NCBI GenBank assembly: GCA_044230205.1
Contig: JBGARN010000004.1
Span: forward strand, 10,135 to 74,134
DNA: 64,000 bases
Source of the DNA: Bacteroidia bacterium
GTDB lineage: Bacteria > Bacteroidota > Bacteroidia > AKYH767-A > OLB10
Direction of reading: 5' to 3'
Shown here: in pieces, positions 1 through 10,900 of the stretch
Numbering within the stretch: position 1 is the first letter of the stretch
Layout of the letters: each line of letters opens with the position of its first letter
The notes under the pieces: generated by a model
Database searches by the model: none
Seen by the model: the letters and a program-made list of their open reading frames with translations, nothing else
Told to the model about the DNA's origin: nothing
Position numbers and translations under genes: made by a program

Positions 1-521
1 AACGCGCAGGTGTTGAAGGTACCATGGCGTATCCACACAAGATTGATTTGAACGCCTTGCCACACATAGATGTTTTTATGGATAATGATTACACCAAGGA
101 GGAAATGAAAATGGTGAATGAAACAAAAAAAATAATGGGCGATGACAGTATCAGGTTAACGGCAACCTGTGTGCGTATCCCAACCATTGGCGGACATAGC
201 GAAAGTGTAAATGTGGAGTTTGAAAATGAATTTGACGTAGAAGAAGTAAAAAACATTCTGAAATCGTCACCCGGAATAGTGTTACAGGATGATGTTAAGA
301 GTTTTGTGTACCCGATGCCGATGAATGCCCATGATAAGGATGAAGTTTTTGTGGGCCGCATCCGCAGGGATGAAACACAACCAAAAACATTGAACCTTTG
401 GATTGTGTCTGATAATCTTCGCAAAGGGGCTGCTACCAATGCTGTGCAGATTGCTGAATACCTATATCAAAACAAATTATTACAGGCTGCAAACACTGCG
501 TACTCTGTTAAGACCAGTTGA
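1..521 (+). CDS. asd: aspartate-semialdehyde dehydrogenase, C-terminal part (5' end lies outside the window)
   Basis: The frame is open from the window edge. The ORF 24..521 translation has Asd-typical segments (TATCVRIPTIGGHSESVNVEF, WIVSDNLRKGAATNAVQIAE). Confidence 0.9.
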   Translation, partial: RAGVEGTMAYPHKIDLNALPHIDVFMDNDYTKEEMKMVNETKKIMGDDSIRLTATCVRIPTIGGHSESVNVEFENEFDVEEVKNILKSSPGIVLQDDVKSFVYPMPMNAHDKDEVFVGRIRRDETQPKTLNLWIVSDNLRKGAATNAVQIAEYLYQNKLLQAANTAYSVKTS

Positions 522-554
522 TTGCTGTCAGAAAACATGTAATCAGGTACAAGG

Positions 555-980
555 TCAGTTGTTTTCTTTTTCAAGATCACTTTTTTCAAGATCGCTTTCA
601 ACATCCTTCAGTTCTATTTTTAATGCATTAACTGAAATAGCAATTTCGGAAAGTGAAAGTATCAGCGAAACCATCATTAGCAATAAGCTGACCGCAAACG
701 ATAGCTGACCAAGCTGTTCATATTCTCCAAAAAGCAGGAACATGCATAAAATGCAACAAAACAAACTTGCAATTGCAAGCGCCTGCATATTTCTGATAAT
801 TATTACCCGCCTTCGCAAATTGCTGATTTGCTTAAGCACATGAGGTTCATGTGCTGAGGTATATTTCGATTTCAAACCCCTTATCAGGTTAGCAATAGCC
901 AAAAACCTGTTGGTATACGCAAGCAGTAAAAGAGAAATACATGGAAATAAAAGTGCTGGCGTGTTGATGGTTATTTGCAT
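555..980 (-). CDS. small integral membrane protein, DUF2721-like
   Basis: 141 aa with 3-4 hydrophobic helices. The N-terminal LLLLAYTNRFLAIANLIRGL pattern is as I remember it for DUF2721. This call is from memory only. Confidence 0.55.
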   Translation of the reverse strand: MQITINTPALLFPCISLLLLAYTNRFLAIANLIRGLKSKYTSAHEPHVLKQISNLRRRVIIIRNMQALAIASLFCCILCMFLLFGEYEQLGQLSFAVSLLLMMVSLILSLSEIAISVNALKIELKDVESDLEKSDLEKENN

Positions 981-1022
981 GATACAGGTAATATTACCAC
1001 GGCATCAAATAATTTCCAAATG

Positions 1023-2783
1023 TTATTTACTGATGATAACTTTTGTATTGCCGGATAAATTATCTGATTTCAAATGAAATAAATAAACTCCATTGTCCAC
1101 ATTTTTCAAATCAATCTCAATTGAGTTTGAGTTAAAGTTGGAATAGATTTTATGATAAACTACATTTCCAATCATGTCGGTAAAACTAAGTTCAAAATGG
1201 CCGGTTTTCAAATTTGATACTTTAAAGATTCCATTTCCCGGATTTGGTGAAATGCTTAATGAACTATTTGTTGTAAAAGTTTCATTTATTGAAGTAACAA
1301 TAGGCTTGAAACCTTCAGAGTAATTTCCGCTGCCGGTTGAATTTTCAATTAACCTTACCTGGTAATCACCAGCCACCGTTGGTTTGTAAGAATTACTGTT
1401 AGCGCCTGCGATTTTAAACCGGTCCTGATACCACTGATAATCATAACCAGGCAAATAAGCTGTCATTAGTGTGTCGTTACTTTGAATAACTGTAGGCTTA
1501 GGTAATGAAGGTAAAACAGTAATAACAATAACAGCAGATTGAAATGCATGCACAGGGCAGAAATCATCTTTAGCGCGTATCAAAAAATAATATGTATTAG
1601 GCATGTATGCGCAGATATAATTCATCCCGAGGTGATCATTTGTGGTTTGCCATTGAAATGTAGTTGCAGCTACAAAAGGTGATGTTAATGGAGGAGGAGG
1701 ATTTAAAGTTGCGCATGGAGGAATTAAACATCCTGAAGAAGTATCTGTAAACCCGCCTCCAAATTGATTTCCTGCAGCTTCAAGCGTTACATTTTGAAAA
1801 TCAGGGTCAATTGCGTTAATAGGAAATGTTACCAGGTCACCGGCATAAACGGTATCATAAAAAGTGGGCAGGCTTGTTATAGAATCAAAAAAAGGAGGAG
1901 TTACGGCAGGATGATTATTGGAAGAAGTTGCAATTACCGCAAATTGCATATCACGGTAAATCTCTGCAGATAGAACTCCGCATTTATATGATGAAACCTT
2001 ATTTACCGCATTGTAAACTCCGGCCATCGGAAATACGCATGAAATTTCTCCGGTTAAGGGATTTAAAGTTGCAGGCATTGGAAATGGGTTGCATCCCGCA
2101 ATGTATGGGATTGTGGGTGGGTTGGTTGAACTCCATGTTCCTCCACCCCATGAATCCAATGGTGCATCCCATGAATAAACTATCGAATCCAATTCATTGT
2201 CAGTAGCAAATGGGGTATAGAGAAAATTATATCCCACCGCTGTTGCCGATGAAGGCCTTTCAGCAAAATCCGGTGATGAGTCGAAGCATGGACTTACACT
2301 TTGACCGTTAACGGAATACATAATTGCTCTTAATGAGAATCCATAACTGGACGGATTTTGAATGTTGCTTATTGTGGCATTTCTGCAGCAACTTGAAAAT
2401 GAGAATACCCAACCCTGTGCAGGTGGAGTTCCTGTTAGTTGAATAGGGCTTGATTCAAATATTAATTCTTCTACAGCGCCAATGCTTGTGCCGGTTGAAC
2501 CTGCACATGAATCGCAGGTAGCATATGATGAAATATCGCTTTGAGAAACTAAATTAAGGGGAATGGTAGTTAGCCCGGGGTAATTATGTACATCCAAACT
2601 AACAGGCGGGCCAAAAGGAATGCCATTGCAGTCGCGATATATTTTCATTTTAAAAATAAAAGATCCGGTACCGGTACAACGCCAGGAAATTTCGCCACCC
2701 ATAAGATGTGATGCCTGTGATGTTAGCGAACTAAACAGGGAAAGCAATAATGCTGCAATAAATAATTGAGTAAATTTTTTCAT
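1023..2783 (-). CDS. secreted protein with T9SS type-A C-terminal sorting domain
   Basis: Signal peptide (MKKFTQLFIAALLLSLFSSLTSQA). Cys-rich N-terminal HLMGGEISWRC module. The C-terminal ~80 aa (ISPNPGNGIFKV...GVYLFHLKSD...KVIISK) match the T9SS CTD pattern. Confidence 0.75.
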   Translation of the reverse strand: MKKFTQLFIAALLLSLFSSLTSQASHLMGGEISWRCTGTGSFIFKMKIYRDCNGIPFGPPVSLDVHNYPGLTTIPLNLVSQSDISSYATCDSCAGSTGTSIGAVEELIFESSPIQLTGTPPAQGWVFSFSSCCRNATISNIQNPSSYGFSLRAIMYSVNGQSVSPCFDSSPDFAERPSSATAVGYNFLYTPFATDNELDSIVYSWDAPLDSWGGGTWSSTNPPTIPYIAGCNPFPMPATLNPLTGEISCVFPMAGVYNAVNKVSSYKCGVLSAEIYRDMQFAVIATSSNNHPAVTPPFFDSITSLPTFYDTVYAGDLVTFPINAIDPDFQNVTLEAAGNQFGGGFTDTSSGCLIPPCATLNPPPPLTSPFVAATTFQWQTTNDHLGMNYICAYMPNTYYFLIRAKDDFCPVHAFQSAVIVITVLPSLPKPTVIQSNDTLMTAYLPGYDYQWYQDRFKIAGANSNSYKPTVAGDYQVRLIENSTGSGNYSEGFKPIVTSINETFTTNSSLSISPNPGNGIFKVSNLKTGHFELSFTDMIGNVVYHKIYSNFNSNSIEIDLKNVDNGVYLFHLKSDNLSGNTKVIISK

Positions 2784-3001
2784 GATGTTTTTGTTTTCAG
2801 GTTATAAATGTAGAAAAAACCTTATACGATTGACTTATTCACTCAACAATTTTAAATATTAAAGTAAAATTGAATAGTGGCTGAGGTCTGCGGGTTGCAA
2901 CTGATGGAATATCGTCAGAAAAACATTCACAAATAAAAGCATGACTTAAATAAAAATCATTGAGCAATTATGCAGCACCAGAAGTAACTTTCAGAAATAG
3001 C

Positions 3002-3037
3002 AAACAAGCCAACCTGCACCTGCAAGTTGGCTTGTTT
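3002..3037 (-). terminator. candidate rho-independent terminator downstream of fumC
   Basis: Perfect 12-bp inverted repeat aaacaagccaac / gttggcttgttt (3002-3013, 3026-3037) with a 12-nt loop, 25 nt after the fumC stop. The trailing U-tract on the minus strand is weak. Confidence 0.4.
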
Positions 3038-3062
3038 AAAAGTTGCTTAATTCAACTGGGAA

Positions 3063-4457
3063 TTACAATCCTACCATTTCCTCGGGCTTTACCCATTCAT
3101 CAAATTGTTCTGATGATACATAGCCTAAATCAATTGCTGTTTGCTTTAATGTTTTGCCTTGCTTATGAGCAGTTTGAGCAATTTCAGCTGCTTTGTAATA
3201 ACCTATTTTGGTGTTGAGTGATGTAACCAGCATTAATGAATTGTGAAGGTTGTTGTTGATGTTCTCCATGATCGGTTCAATACCAACAGCACATTTATTG
3301 TTGAATGAAACGCAAACATCACCAATCAGCCGTGCGCTGTGCAGGAAGTTATAAATCATGACAGGTTTAAATACATTTAATTCAAAATGGCCGGTACAGC
3401 CACCGATATTGATGGCAACATCATTACCTAAAACCTGTGCAGCCACCATAGTCATTGCTTCGCACTGTGTTGGATTTACTTTTCCGGGCATAATAGATGA
3501 ACCTGGTTCATTATCGGGAATAAATAATTCACCAATTCCACAACGCGGTCCTGATGCCAGTAAACGAATATCATTTGCAATTTTCATCATACTGCAGGCA
3601 ACCGTTTTTAAAGCTCCATGAGCTTCAACAATTGCATCATGCGCAGCTAATGCTTCAAATTTATTTTCAGCTGTGATAAAAGGAAGTCTTGTTAAGCCCG
3701 CAATATGCTTTGCAACATTTACCGCATATCCTTTTGGTGTGTTAATGCCCGTGCCAACTGCTGTTCCGCCAAGTGCTAATTCAGCAAGGTGTGGTAAAGT
3801 ATGTTCAATGGCACGAATTCCATGTTCAAGTTGGGAAACATAACCGCTGATTTCTTGACCGAGCGTAAGCGGTGTTGCATCCATCAAATGCGTGCGGCCA
3901 ATTTTTACAATGTTCATGTATTCTTTTGACTTGGCTGCAAGGGTATCGCGCAGTTTTTTTATTCCCGGCAATGTTACATCAACCAGTATTTTATACGCAG
4001 CAATATGCATTGCAGTGGGAAAAGTATCGTTTGATGATTGAGATTTGTTGACATCATCATTAGGATGAATTGCTTTCTTCTCGTCCAGCAAACTTCCGCC
4101 TTGAATAACATGTGCCCTATAGGCAATCACTTCATTCACATTCATGTTGGATTGAGTGCCGCTGCCCGTTTGCCAAACCACTAAAGGAAACTGGTCGTCT
4201 AATTTTCCTTCTAAAATTTCATCACATACCTGTGCAATTAAGTCGCATTTTTCTTTTGGCAGTACTCCCGCATCAAGATTGGTTAATGCTGCAGCTTTTT
4301 TCAGATAAGCAAATGCACGGATAACTTCGCGAGGCATTTTATTAATGTCCTGGGCAATTTTAAAATTTTCGATAGAGCGTTGTGTTTGTGCGCCCCAATA
4401 AACATTAGCGGGAACCTGTACAATTCCCATAGTGTCTTTTTCTTTACGGAATTCCAT
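3063..4457 (-). CDS. fumC: class II fumarate hydratase
   Basis: 464 aa with the [16 protein letters not shown] signature. Full-length similarity to FumC is recognisable by eye. Confidence 0.95.
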   Translation of the reverse strand: MEFRKEKDTMGIVQVPANVYWGAQTQRSIENFKIAQDINKMPREVIRAFAYLKKAAALTNLDAGVLPKEKCDLIAQVCDEILEGKLDDQFPLVVWQTGSGTQSNMNVNEVIAYRAHVIQGGSLLDEKKAIHPNDDVNKSQSSNDTFPTAMHIAAYKILVDVTLPGIKKLRDTLAAKSKEYMNIVKIGRTHLMDATPLTLGQEISGYVSQLEHGIRAIEHTLPHLAELALGGTAVGTGINTPKGYAVNVAKHIAGLTRLPFITAENKFEALAAHDAIVEAHGALKTVACSMMKIANDIRLLASGPRCGIGELFIPDNEPGSSIMPGKVNPTQCEAMTMVAAQVLGNDVAINIGGCTGHFELNVFKPVMIYNFLHSARLIGDVCVSFNNKCAVGIEPIMENINNNLHNSLMLVTSLNTKIGYYKAAEIAQTAHKQGKTLKQTAIDLGYVSSEQFDEWVKPEEMVGL

Positions 4458-4484
4458 CTTGTTTTTTATTAAAACGTTTATTAA

Positions 4485-4832
4485 TTATTTTATCAACTCT
4501 AAAACTTTTTCAGGTGGACGAGCTATAATTGCTTTTCCATCTTTTATTATAACAGGCCTTTCAATTAAAATCGGATTCTCTGTCATTACTTTAATCCACT
4601 GTGCTTCAGTTAGATTTTTCCCTTCGTATTTTTCCTTGTAAAGTGGTTCTTTCTTTCTTAAAAATTCGAGCGCTTTCATTCCAAGCATTTTTAAGATTTC
4701 CTTCAACTCTTTTGCAGTAGGAGTTGCAGTTAGATACTCAATCACTTCTATATGCTCTTTTGTATTTTGTTTTAATAAACGCAGGGTTTCTAATGAAGTG
4801 GAGCAGTTTGCTTTATGATAAATCCTGATCAT
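4485..4832 (-). CDS. ArsC-family (arsenate reductase/Spx-like) thioredoxin-fold protein
   Basis: 115 aa. The N-terminal [10 protein letters not shown] (Cys-x-[ST]-S) and ILIERPVI motifs resemble glutaredoxin-type ArsC. Its start overlaps the prfB stop by 4 nt. Confidence 0.8.
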   Translation of the reverse strand: MIRIYHKANCSTSLETLRLLKQNTKEHIEVIEYLTATPTAKELKEILKMLGMKALEFLRKKEPLYKEKYEGKNLTEAQWIKVMTENPILIERPVIIKDGKAIIARPPEKVLELIK

Positions 4833-5918
4833 TGCTTTTGTCCGTATTCCATTAAATAGGCTTTCATAAATTCGTTTAAATCGCCATCCATTACTGCCTG
4901 TACATTACTGGTTTCAACACCGGTGCGTAAGTCTTTCACCATTTTGTAGGGATGAAAAACATAACTCCGTATTTGCGAACCCCACTCTATTCTCTTTTTA
5001 CTTGCTTCCTGCGCTGCAATGGCCTCGTTCTTTTTACGAAGCTCCAGTTCATACAATTGTGATTTAAGCATCTTCATAGCACGTTCGCGGTTAGCAGATT
5101 GCGACCGTTCTACCTGGCAAACCACTACAATACCCGTTGGCAGGTGTTTCAGCTGCACTTTGGTTTCAACCTTATTTACATTTTGCCCACCGGCACCGCC
5201 ACTGCGCGATGTTTGCATTTCAATATCGGCATCTTTAATTTCAATTTCTATGGTATCGTCAATAATTGGATAAGCAAAAACGCTTGCAAACGAAGTATGT
5301 CTTTTTGCATTGGCGTCAAATGGTGAAATGCGTACAAGACGATGCACACCATTTTCACTTTTCAAATAGCCATAAGCATAATCGCCTTCTATTTCGAGTG
5401 TAGCGGATTTTATGCCTGCACCATCGCCCCACTGCTTATCAACCTCTGTTACTTTATAGCCATTTTGTTCACCCCAGCGCATGTACATTCGCATCAGCAT
5501 TTCTGCCCAATCCTGCGACTCGGTTCCACCGGCACCTGAATTTATAGTTACTACAGCCCCCAGTATATCCTCTTCATTGCTGAGCATATTTTTAAACTCA
5601 AGCGCTTCAACAAGTTTTAAAGTTTGCTGGTAATGCTGTTCCACTTCTTCTTCAGTTGCATCACCGGCATTAAAAAAATCATTGAGCACCACCAAATCGT
5701 CAATCGAATGCTCCAGCTGCTGAAAAGCAGTGGTCCAGTCTTTCTTTTGTTTAATGCCTTTAAGAATTTTTTCAGCAGCTTTCGGATCGTCCCAAAAACC
5801 GGGGGCATGTGTCAGTTCTTCCTGTTCTTTGATGAAAGCTAATTTCCCATCAACGTCAAAGATGCCTCCTCAGCGCTTCTTTGCGCTCCTGAACGTCTTT
5901 TAATTGTTCGTTATTCAT
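4829..5918 (-). CDS. prfB: peptide chain release factor 2, requires programmed +1 frameshift
   Basis: The [16 protein letters not shown] (GGQ) motif lies in the 4829..5857 frame. A 20-codon frame-0 leader ([20 protein letters not shown]) runs from the ATG at 5918 to CTT-TGA-C at 5861-5855. I checked arithmetically that GAC at 5857 is in frame with the downstream ORF. Confidence 0.9.
5855..5870 (-). promoter_or_regulatory. RF2 autoregulatory +1 frameshift site (SD-like AGGAGG, then CAT CTT TGA C)
   Basis: The minus-strand sequence is AGGAGGCATCTTTGAC. This matches the canonical bacterial prfB recoding cassette. Confidence 0.85.
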
Positions 5919-6089
5919 TGTTGTTTCAAAAAATTAAGCGTGCGAAAGTAATGCTAATGACTGAATTAGAAAATCCCGGTTGAAATTTGATATTAACCGG
6001 TAGCGTAACCCTTTGTGCAATAACAGGTTTGAATCTTCACTTCATTAAAATTTATTTCATTTGTACCCGCTAACATTAAAATAAATTCC

Positions 6090-7520
6090 ATGAGCACAGC
6101 TATTCAACTGGTTACCAAGCATACACAAACTGATCATATTGTTCTGTTTACCAGAGACAAAAGGAAATTAGATTTTGATTATTTTACTGATGCCGAACAG
6201 GAGTATATTAAAGCCGAGCTGGCAGCCGACCGAAAGCTGGTTACTGTTAACCAGTATAACCGCAATGTGTTTGTTCAGTTTATTGATAAAAAAGATAAGG
6301 ACTACCAGCAAAAGGAGAGCTTGAGGCGATCAGGAGATGCATTAGCAGGCATGCTGAATAAAATGAAACTGGAAAGCGTTGTGCTGGTGGATGAAAAAAT
6401 GGGTAATGAACTTCTTGCATTTGCTGAGGGCATGGCCTTGGGTAATTACCAGTTTTTGAAATATAAAAACAATGCTGATAAAGAGCGGAATAAATTAAGC
6501 CTGATAAAAATTAAATGTGCAGCAATCAAACCCAAGCAACTTGAAAAACTGAATATTGTTATTGATGCTGTTTGTATTGCGCGTGATCTGGTAAATGAAC
6601 CCAACAGTTATTTGACAGCTACTCAGCTAAGCGATGCATTTAAAGCGCTGGGCATTGATGCCGGCTTTAAAGTGGAGGTATTCAACAAGCAAAAAATTGA
6701 ATCTCTTAAAATGGGAGGTCTTCTTGCAGTTAATCTCGGAAGTCCTGAACCTCCAACATTTACTGTGATGGAATACAAGCCCCGCAATGCTGAAAATAAA
6801 AAACCATACGTGTTAGTAGGCAAAGGAGTGGTTTATGACACAGGTGGATTGAGCTTAAAGCCAACACCTAACAGCATGGATTATATGAAATGCGATATGG
6901 CAGGAGGTGCTGTTGTTGGTGCAACAATTTATGCATTAGCCAAAGCCAAGGTGCCGGTGCATGTAATAGGACTGGTGCCTGCTACTGACAATCGCCCGGG
7001 TGGTAATGCTTATACACCCGGAGATGTAATAACGATGATGAGCGGACTTACGGTGGAAGTATTAAATACAGATGCTGAAGGAAGAATGATATTAGCAGAT
7101 GCGCTGCATTTTGCAAAACAATATGAACCTAAATTAGTGTGTGAGTTTAGCACACTTACAGGTGCTGCTGCCGCAGCAATTGGTCATTATGGAATTGTTT
7201 GCATGGGCAATGCAGAAGACAGAATAAAAACAAGATTAAGAAACAGCGGTAATGAGGTTTATGAACGACTGGTTGAATTTCCGTTTTGGGAAGAATATGA
7301 TGAACTTATCAAATCAGATATTGCTGAAATTAAAAATATTGGCGGGCCGAATGCCGGAGCAATTACTGCCGGGCGTTTTCTGAATAAATTTGTCAATTAT
7401 CCATACATGCACTTTGATATTGCCGGTCCGGCTTTTTCAAAATCCAATGACAGTTATCGCGGTAAAAACGGAACAGGTATAGGGGTTAGGTTAATGTTTG
7501 ATTTTTTTAATAATTTATAA
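6090..7520 (+). CDS. pepA: leucyl aminopeptidase (M17 family)
   Basis: 476 aa with the NTDAEGRMILADAL signature and VGKGVVYDTGG. Confidence 0.9.
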   Translation: MSTAIQLVTKHTQTDHIVLFTRDKRKLDFDYFTDAEQEYIKAELAADRKLVTVNQYNRNVFVQFIDKKDKDYQQKESLRRSGDALAGMLNKMKLESVVLVDEKMGNELLAFAEGMALGNYQFLKYKNNADKERNKLSLIKIKCAAIKPKQLEKLNIVIDAVCIARDLVNEPNSYLTATQLSDAFKALGIDAGFKVEVFNKQKIESLKMGGLLAVNLGSPEPPTFTVMEYKPRNAENKKPYVLVGKGVVYDTGGLSLKPTPNSMDYMKCDMAGGAVVGATIYALAKAKVPVHVIGLVPATDNRPGGNAYTPGDVITMMSGLTVEVLNTDAEGRMILADALHFAKQYEPKLVCEFSTLTGAAAAAIGHYGIVCMGNAEDRIKTRLRNSGNEVYERLVEFPFWEEYDELIKSDIAEIKNIGGPNAGAITAGRFLNKFVNYPYMHFDIAGPAFSKSNDSYRGKNGTGIGVRLMFDFFNNL

Positions 7521-7960
7521 ACTCAAATTATTAACTCTCCTTATAAAAATTTTCTCAGTTAAATTCAAAGTTACTGAACCCGGCTTCTTATAAAGTTGTT
7601 GTGTACTTTTTCATAATTCGGATTTTACAACCAATTTAAAGTAATCCGTTTTTCAATTTTAGTATTTAATAATTGGTGATGAAAAGTCCTGTCTCACACT
7701 TTTATTTTTCAACCTGTATTTATTCCTGTTCAGAATTAATTTATTCTTATTCAAATAAACATTAGCGCGGAAAACTGATATATATCAGTGTTTATAGCCT
7801 TTTAGCCATAAGCGTTTACAGAATTTGCCCTTGTTCTGTTCAGACAAAATTACGCTTGTTTTAAATTCAATTTTTCCTCAGTCAGCAATATTCAATTTAT
7901 TATTCTAAAGGTAACGATCACCTTTGGTATACTTTATTACTATTCCTAATTAAGATTTGT

Positions 7961-10900
7961 ATGAAAATCAAACTACATATTCCCTTCTTTTTAATACTGC
8001 TGAGTGTTTTTCAATCATATGCACAGCCCTTACCTGTTTTCAATAAAACAGTTTCGGGCACTGGCGATAACTCAGATTGGTTTAATGCTATCACCACCGA
8101 TAATGCCGGAGTAATTTATGCAGCAGGTTATACTTTTAATCAAGGAAAGGATAAAGATTTTTTACTGGTTAAAATGAATACTGCCGGTTCAGTTTTATGG
8201 AGCCGCCAAATTAACGGAGCCGGAAACGGTTTTGATAAAGCTCAATTTGTTGCGCTTGATGGCACAGGCAATATATATGTATGCGGAGAAAGTGATGGTG
8301 GAAGTATCAATCATACCGATATTTTAACAGCAAAGTATGATGCTGCCGGAAATTTGATTTGGTCAGTAAGTTATAATGCTTCTCTATATAATCAGAATGA
8401 TGTTCCGTTAGGGATGGTGGTTGATCAGAACGGCAATGTTTTTATAACAGGAAATTCCGACAGGGATTCTTCTATTGCCGGTTTAAATGATGATATCATA
8501 ACGCTTAAATACAATACTTCCGGTGTTCAGCAATGGGCACGGATTTATAATGGTTCAGGCAATGGCACAGACAGGGGAACAGCTATTGCTACAGATAATA
8601 GCGGGGGATGCGTTATTACCGGAAGAACATTTAACGGAAACAATGATGATGCGATTACTATTAAGTACAATGCAGCAGGAGCTGAAGTTTTTAATACACA
8701 GTTTGATCGCGGTCTTACCGGAAATGACAGGGGCGAGGCAATTACCATTGACCTGATAGGTAACATTTATGTTGCAGGACGTTCGTCCAATAATAACGAT
8801 GATGACTTTCTTACTATAAAATATGATGCTATTGGCAATGTGCTTTTTGCAGTTTATTACAATAATGTTGATAACGACCGTGCTTCACTAATTGCTCTTG
8901 ATGCTTTCGGAAATATTATTGTTGCCGGGCAAAGTGACAGGATTGGAGGCGGCAATATTAATTATGATTATTGTACAGTAAAATATACTTCCACCGGTGT
9001 ATTTCGCTGGGTAAGGTTTTTAGGTAACGCTGTAAATAATGATGAAGATCCGCATGCACTGGACACGGATGCTGCAGGTTCAATTTTTGTTACAGGCAAA
9101 AGCGATCAGAATGCATTAGCTGCGGCAACATATAATGATTTTTTAACCGCAAAATATGACTCTGCCGGCACCCTTACCTGGTCGGTAACAGCAGCCGGTT
9201 CTGCAACCAACAGTGATGATATAGCAGAAGGAATGAGTTTTATCGGCACTGACTTATATGTGTGCGGAAGTAAGCAGAATGCCGGCACACAAAAAGATGC
9301 AACCTTAATCAAATATGCCTCCAATGGCAATGTAACATGGGATTATAATTATAATGGTATTGGTGATTTCACGGATAAAATTCAGGCAATGGTTACCGAT
9401 ACACTTAACAACGTATATATAACAGGGTATGTTTATATGCCGGAACACAGACGCGATGTTTTTACTGCAAAAATTGATGCAAACGGCAATCAGGTTTGGA
9501 TAAAGTATTATGACTTTTCACAGAGTGATGACGAAGGAAAAGGTATTGCACTGGATACAGCAGGAAATGTATATGTATGCGGCAATAGTATCGGAAACGG
9601 AACAAGTGATGATTATGTGCTGATAAAATATAATAATGCCGGTGACTCCATATGGAGTGTACGGTATGATTTTAATTCAGAAGCTGATGTGGCTGTATCT
9701 CTCTGCATAAGCAATAACGGAAGCATTTATGTTACAGGTTACAGTGATGCCAACCAATCTTCATTTATAACTGATTACGATATTGCTACGTTCAAGGTTA
9801 ATCCATTGGGCAATATTGTTGATGTTGTTCGCTACGGAAATCCAAATGTTGCCGATCGCGGAGTAAAGATTGTTACAAATGGCACCATTCTGTTTGTTAC
9901 AGGACGTGTTACTAATGGAACAAATGAAGATATTGTAACACTAAAATATACCGGGGCACTTAATCAGAGCTGGAGTGCTGTTTATGCCGGAGCCGCTAAC
10001 GGTGACGACCAGCCAAGAGATATTACCATTGATGGCACCTCAGTTTATGTAACAGGGCAAACTGCTAATGCTTCCGGCAATGATGATTACATAACTTTAA
10101 AATACAATTCAACCGGGATTCAACAGTGGGTTTCTACTTACAATGGAACCGGAAATTATACTGACCGTGCCTATGGCATTGCTGCTAATGCCAATGGGAT
10201 ATATGTTACCGGGAGGAGTGCTCCCGGCACCGGTATTGATAGTGCAGATTTTGTTACCCTTTGTTTAAACAAGACAACAGGTGTAATATCTTGGAGCGAT
10301 CGTTATAATTATGGATTGCCTGACCGTGCAAATTCAATTGCAATAGCACCTGATGGCAGCATCTTTGTTACCGGAGAAAGTGTTAGTGCAATTACGGGTA
10401 GTGATTTTGCCACTGTTATGTATAACCAAAACGGTAACAGGATTTGGGTTGCCAGGTATGATGGCGGAATTAACGGAGAGGATGTATCACGCCTGGTAAA
10501 TGTCAGCAGTACAGGATACTTATATGTTGCAGGTTATGCATCATACAATTCTGCCAATCAGTTTGACGGCTCGCTTTTAAAATATTGCCCCACCCCTGCA
10601 GCTTCAGCAGGTGCAGATAAATCAATTTGCAAGGGATTATCAACAACATTAAACGGAAGCGGAACCAGAACTTTTCTGTGGACACCATCAACAGGCTTAA
10701 GCAGCAGCACAATTGCAGCCCCAACAGCAAATCCTGCCATTACTACAACCTATATTCTTACAGTTACCAATGCAGCAGGATGTACAGCAACAGATACAGT
10801 AACAGTAGTGGTAAACAATTTGCCCACAGCAACGATTACCCCGGCAGGAACACAAACGATATGTAACGGAGACAGTTTATTGCTTTCAGCAAATACGGGA

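Noticed and set aside
5617-5808. 63-aa ORF overlapping the 5' part of prfB.
   Set aside because: It is out of frame with both segments of the RF2 coding sequence. The region is fully explained by prfB with its +1 frameshift.
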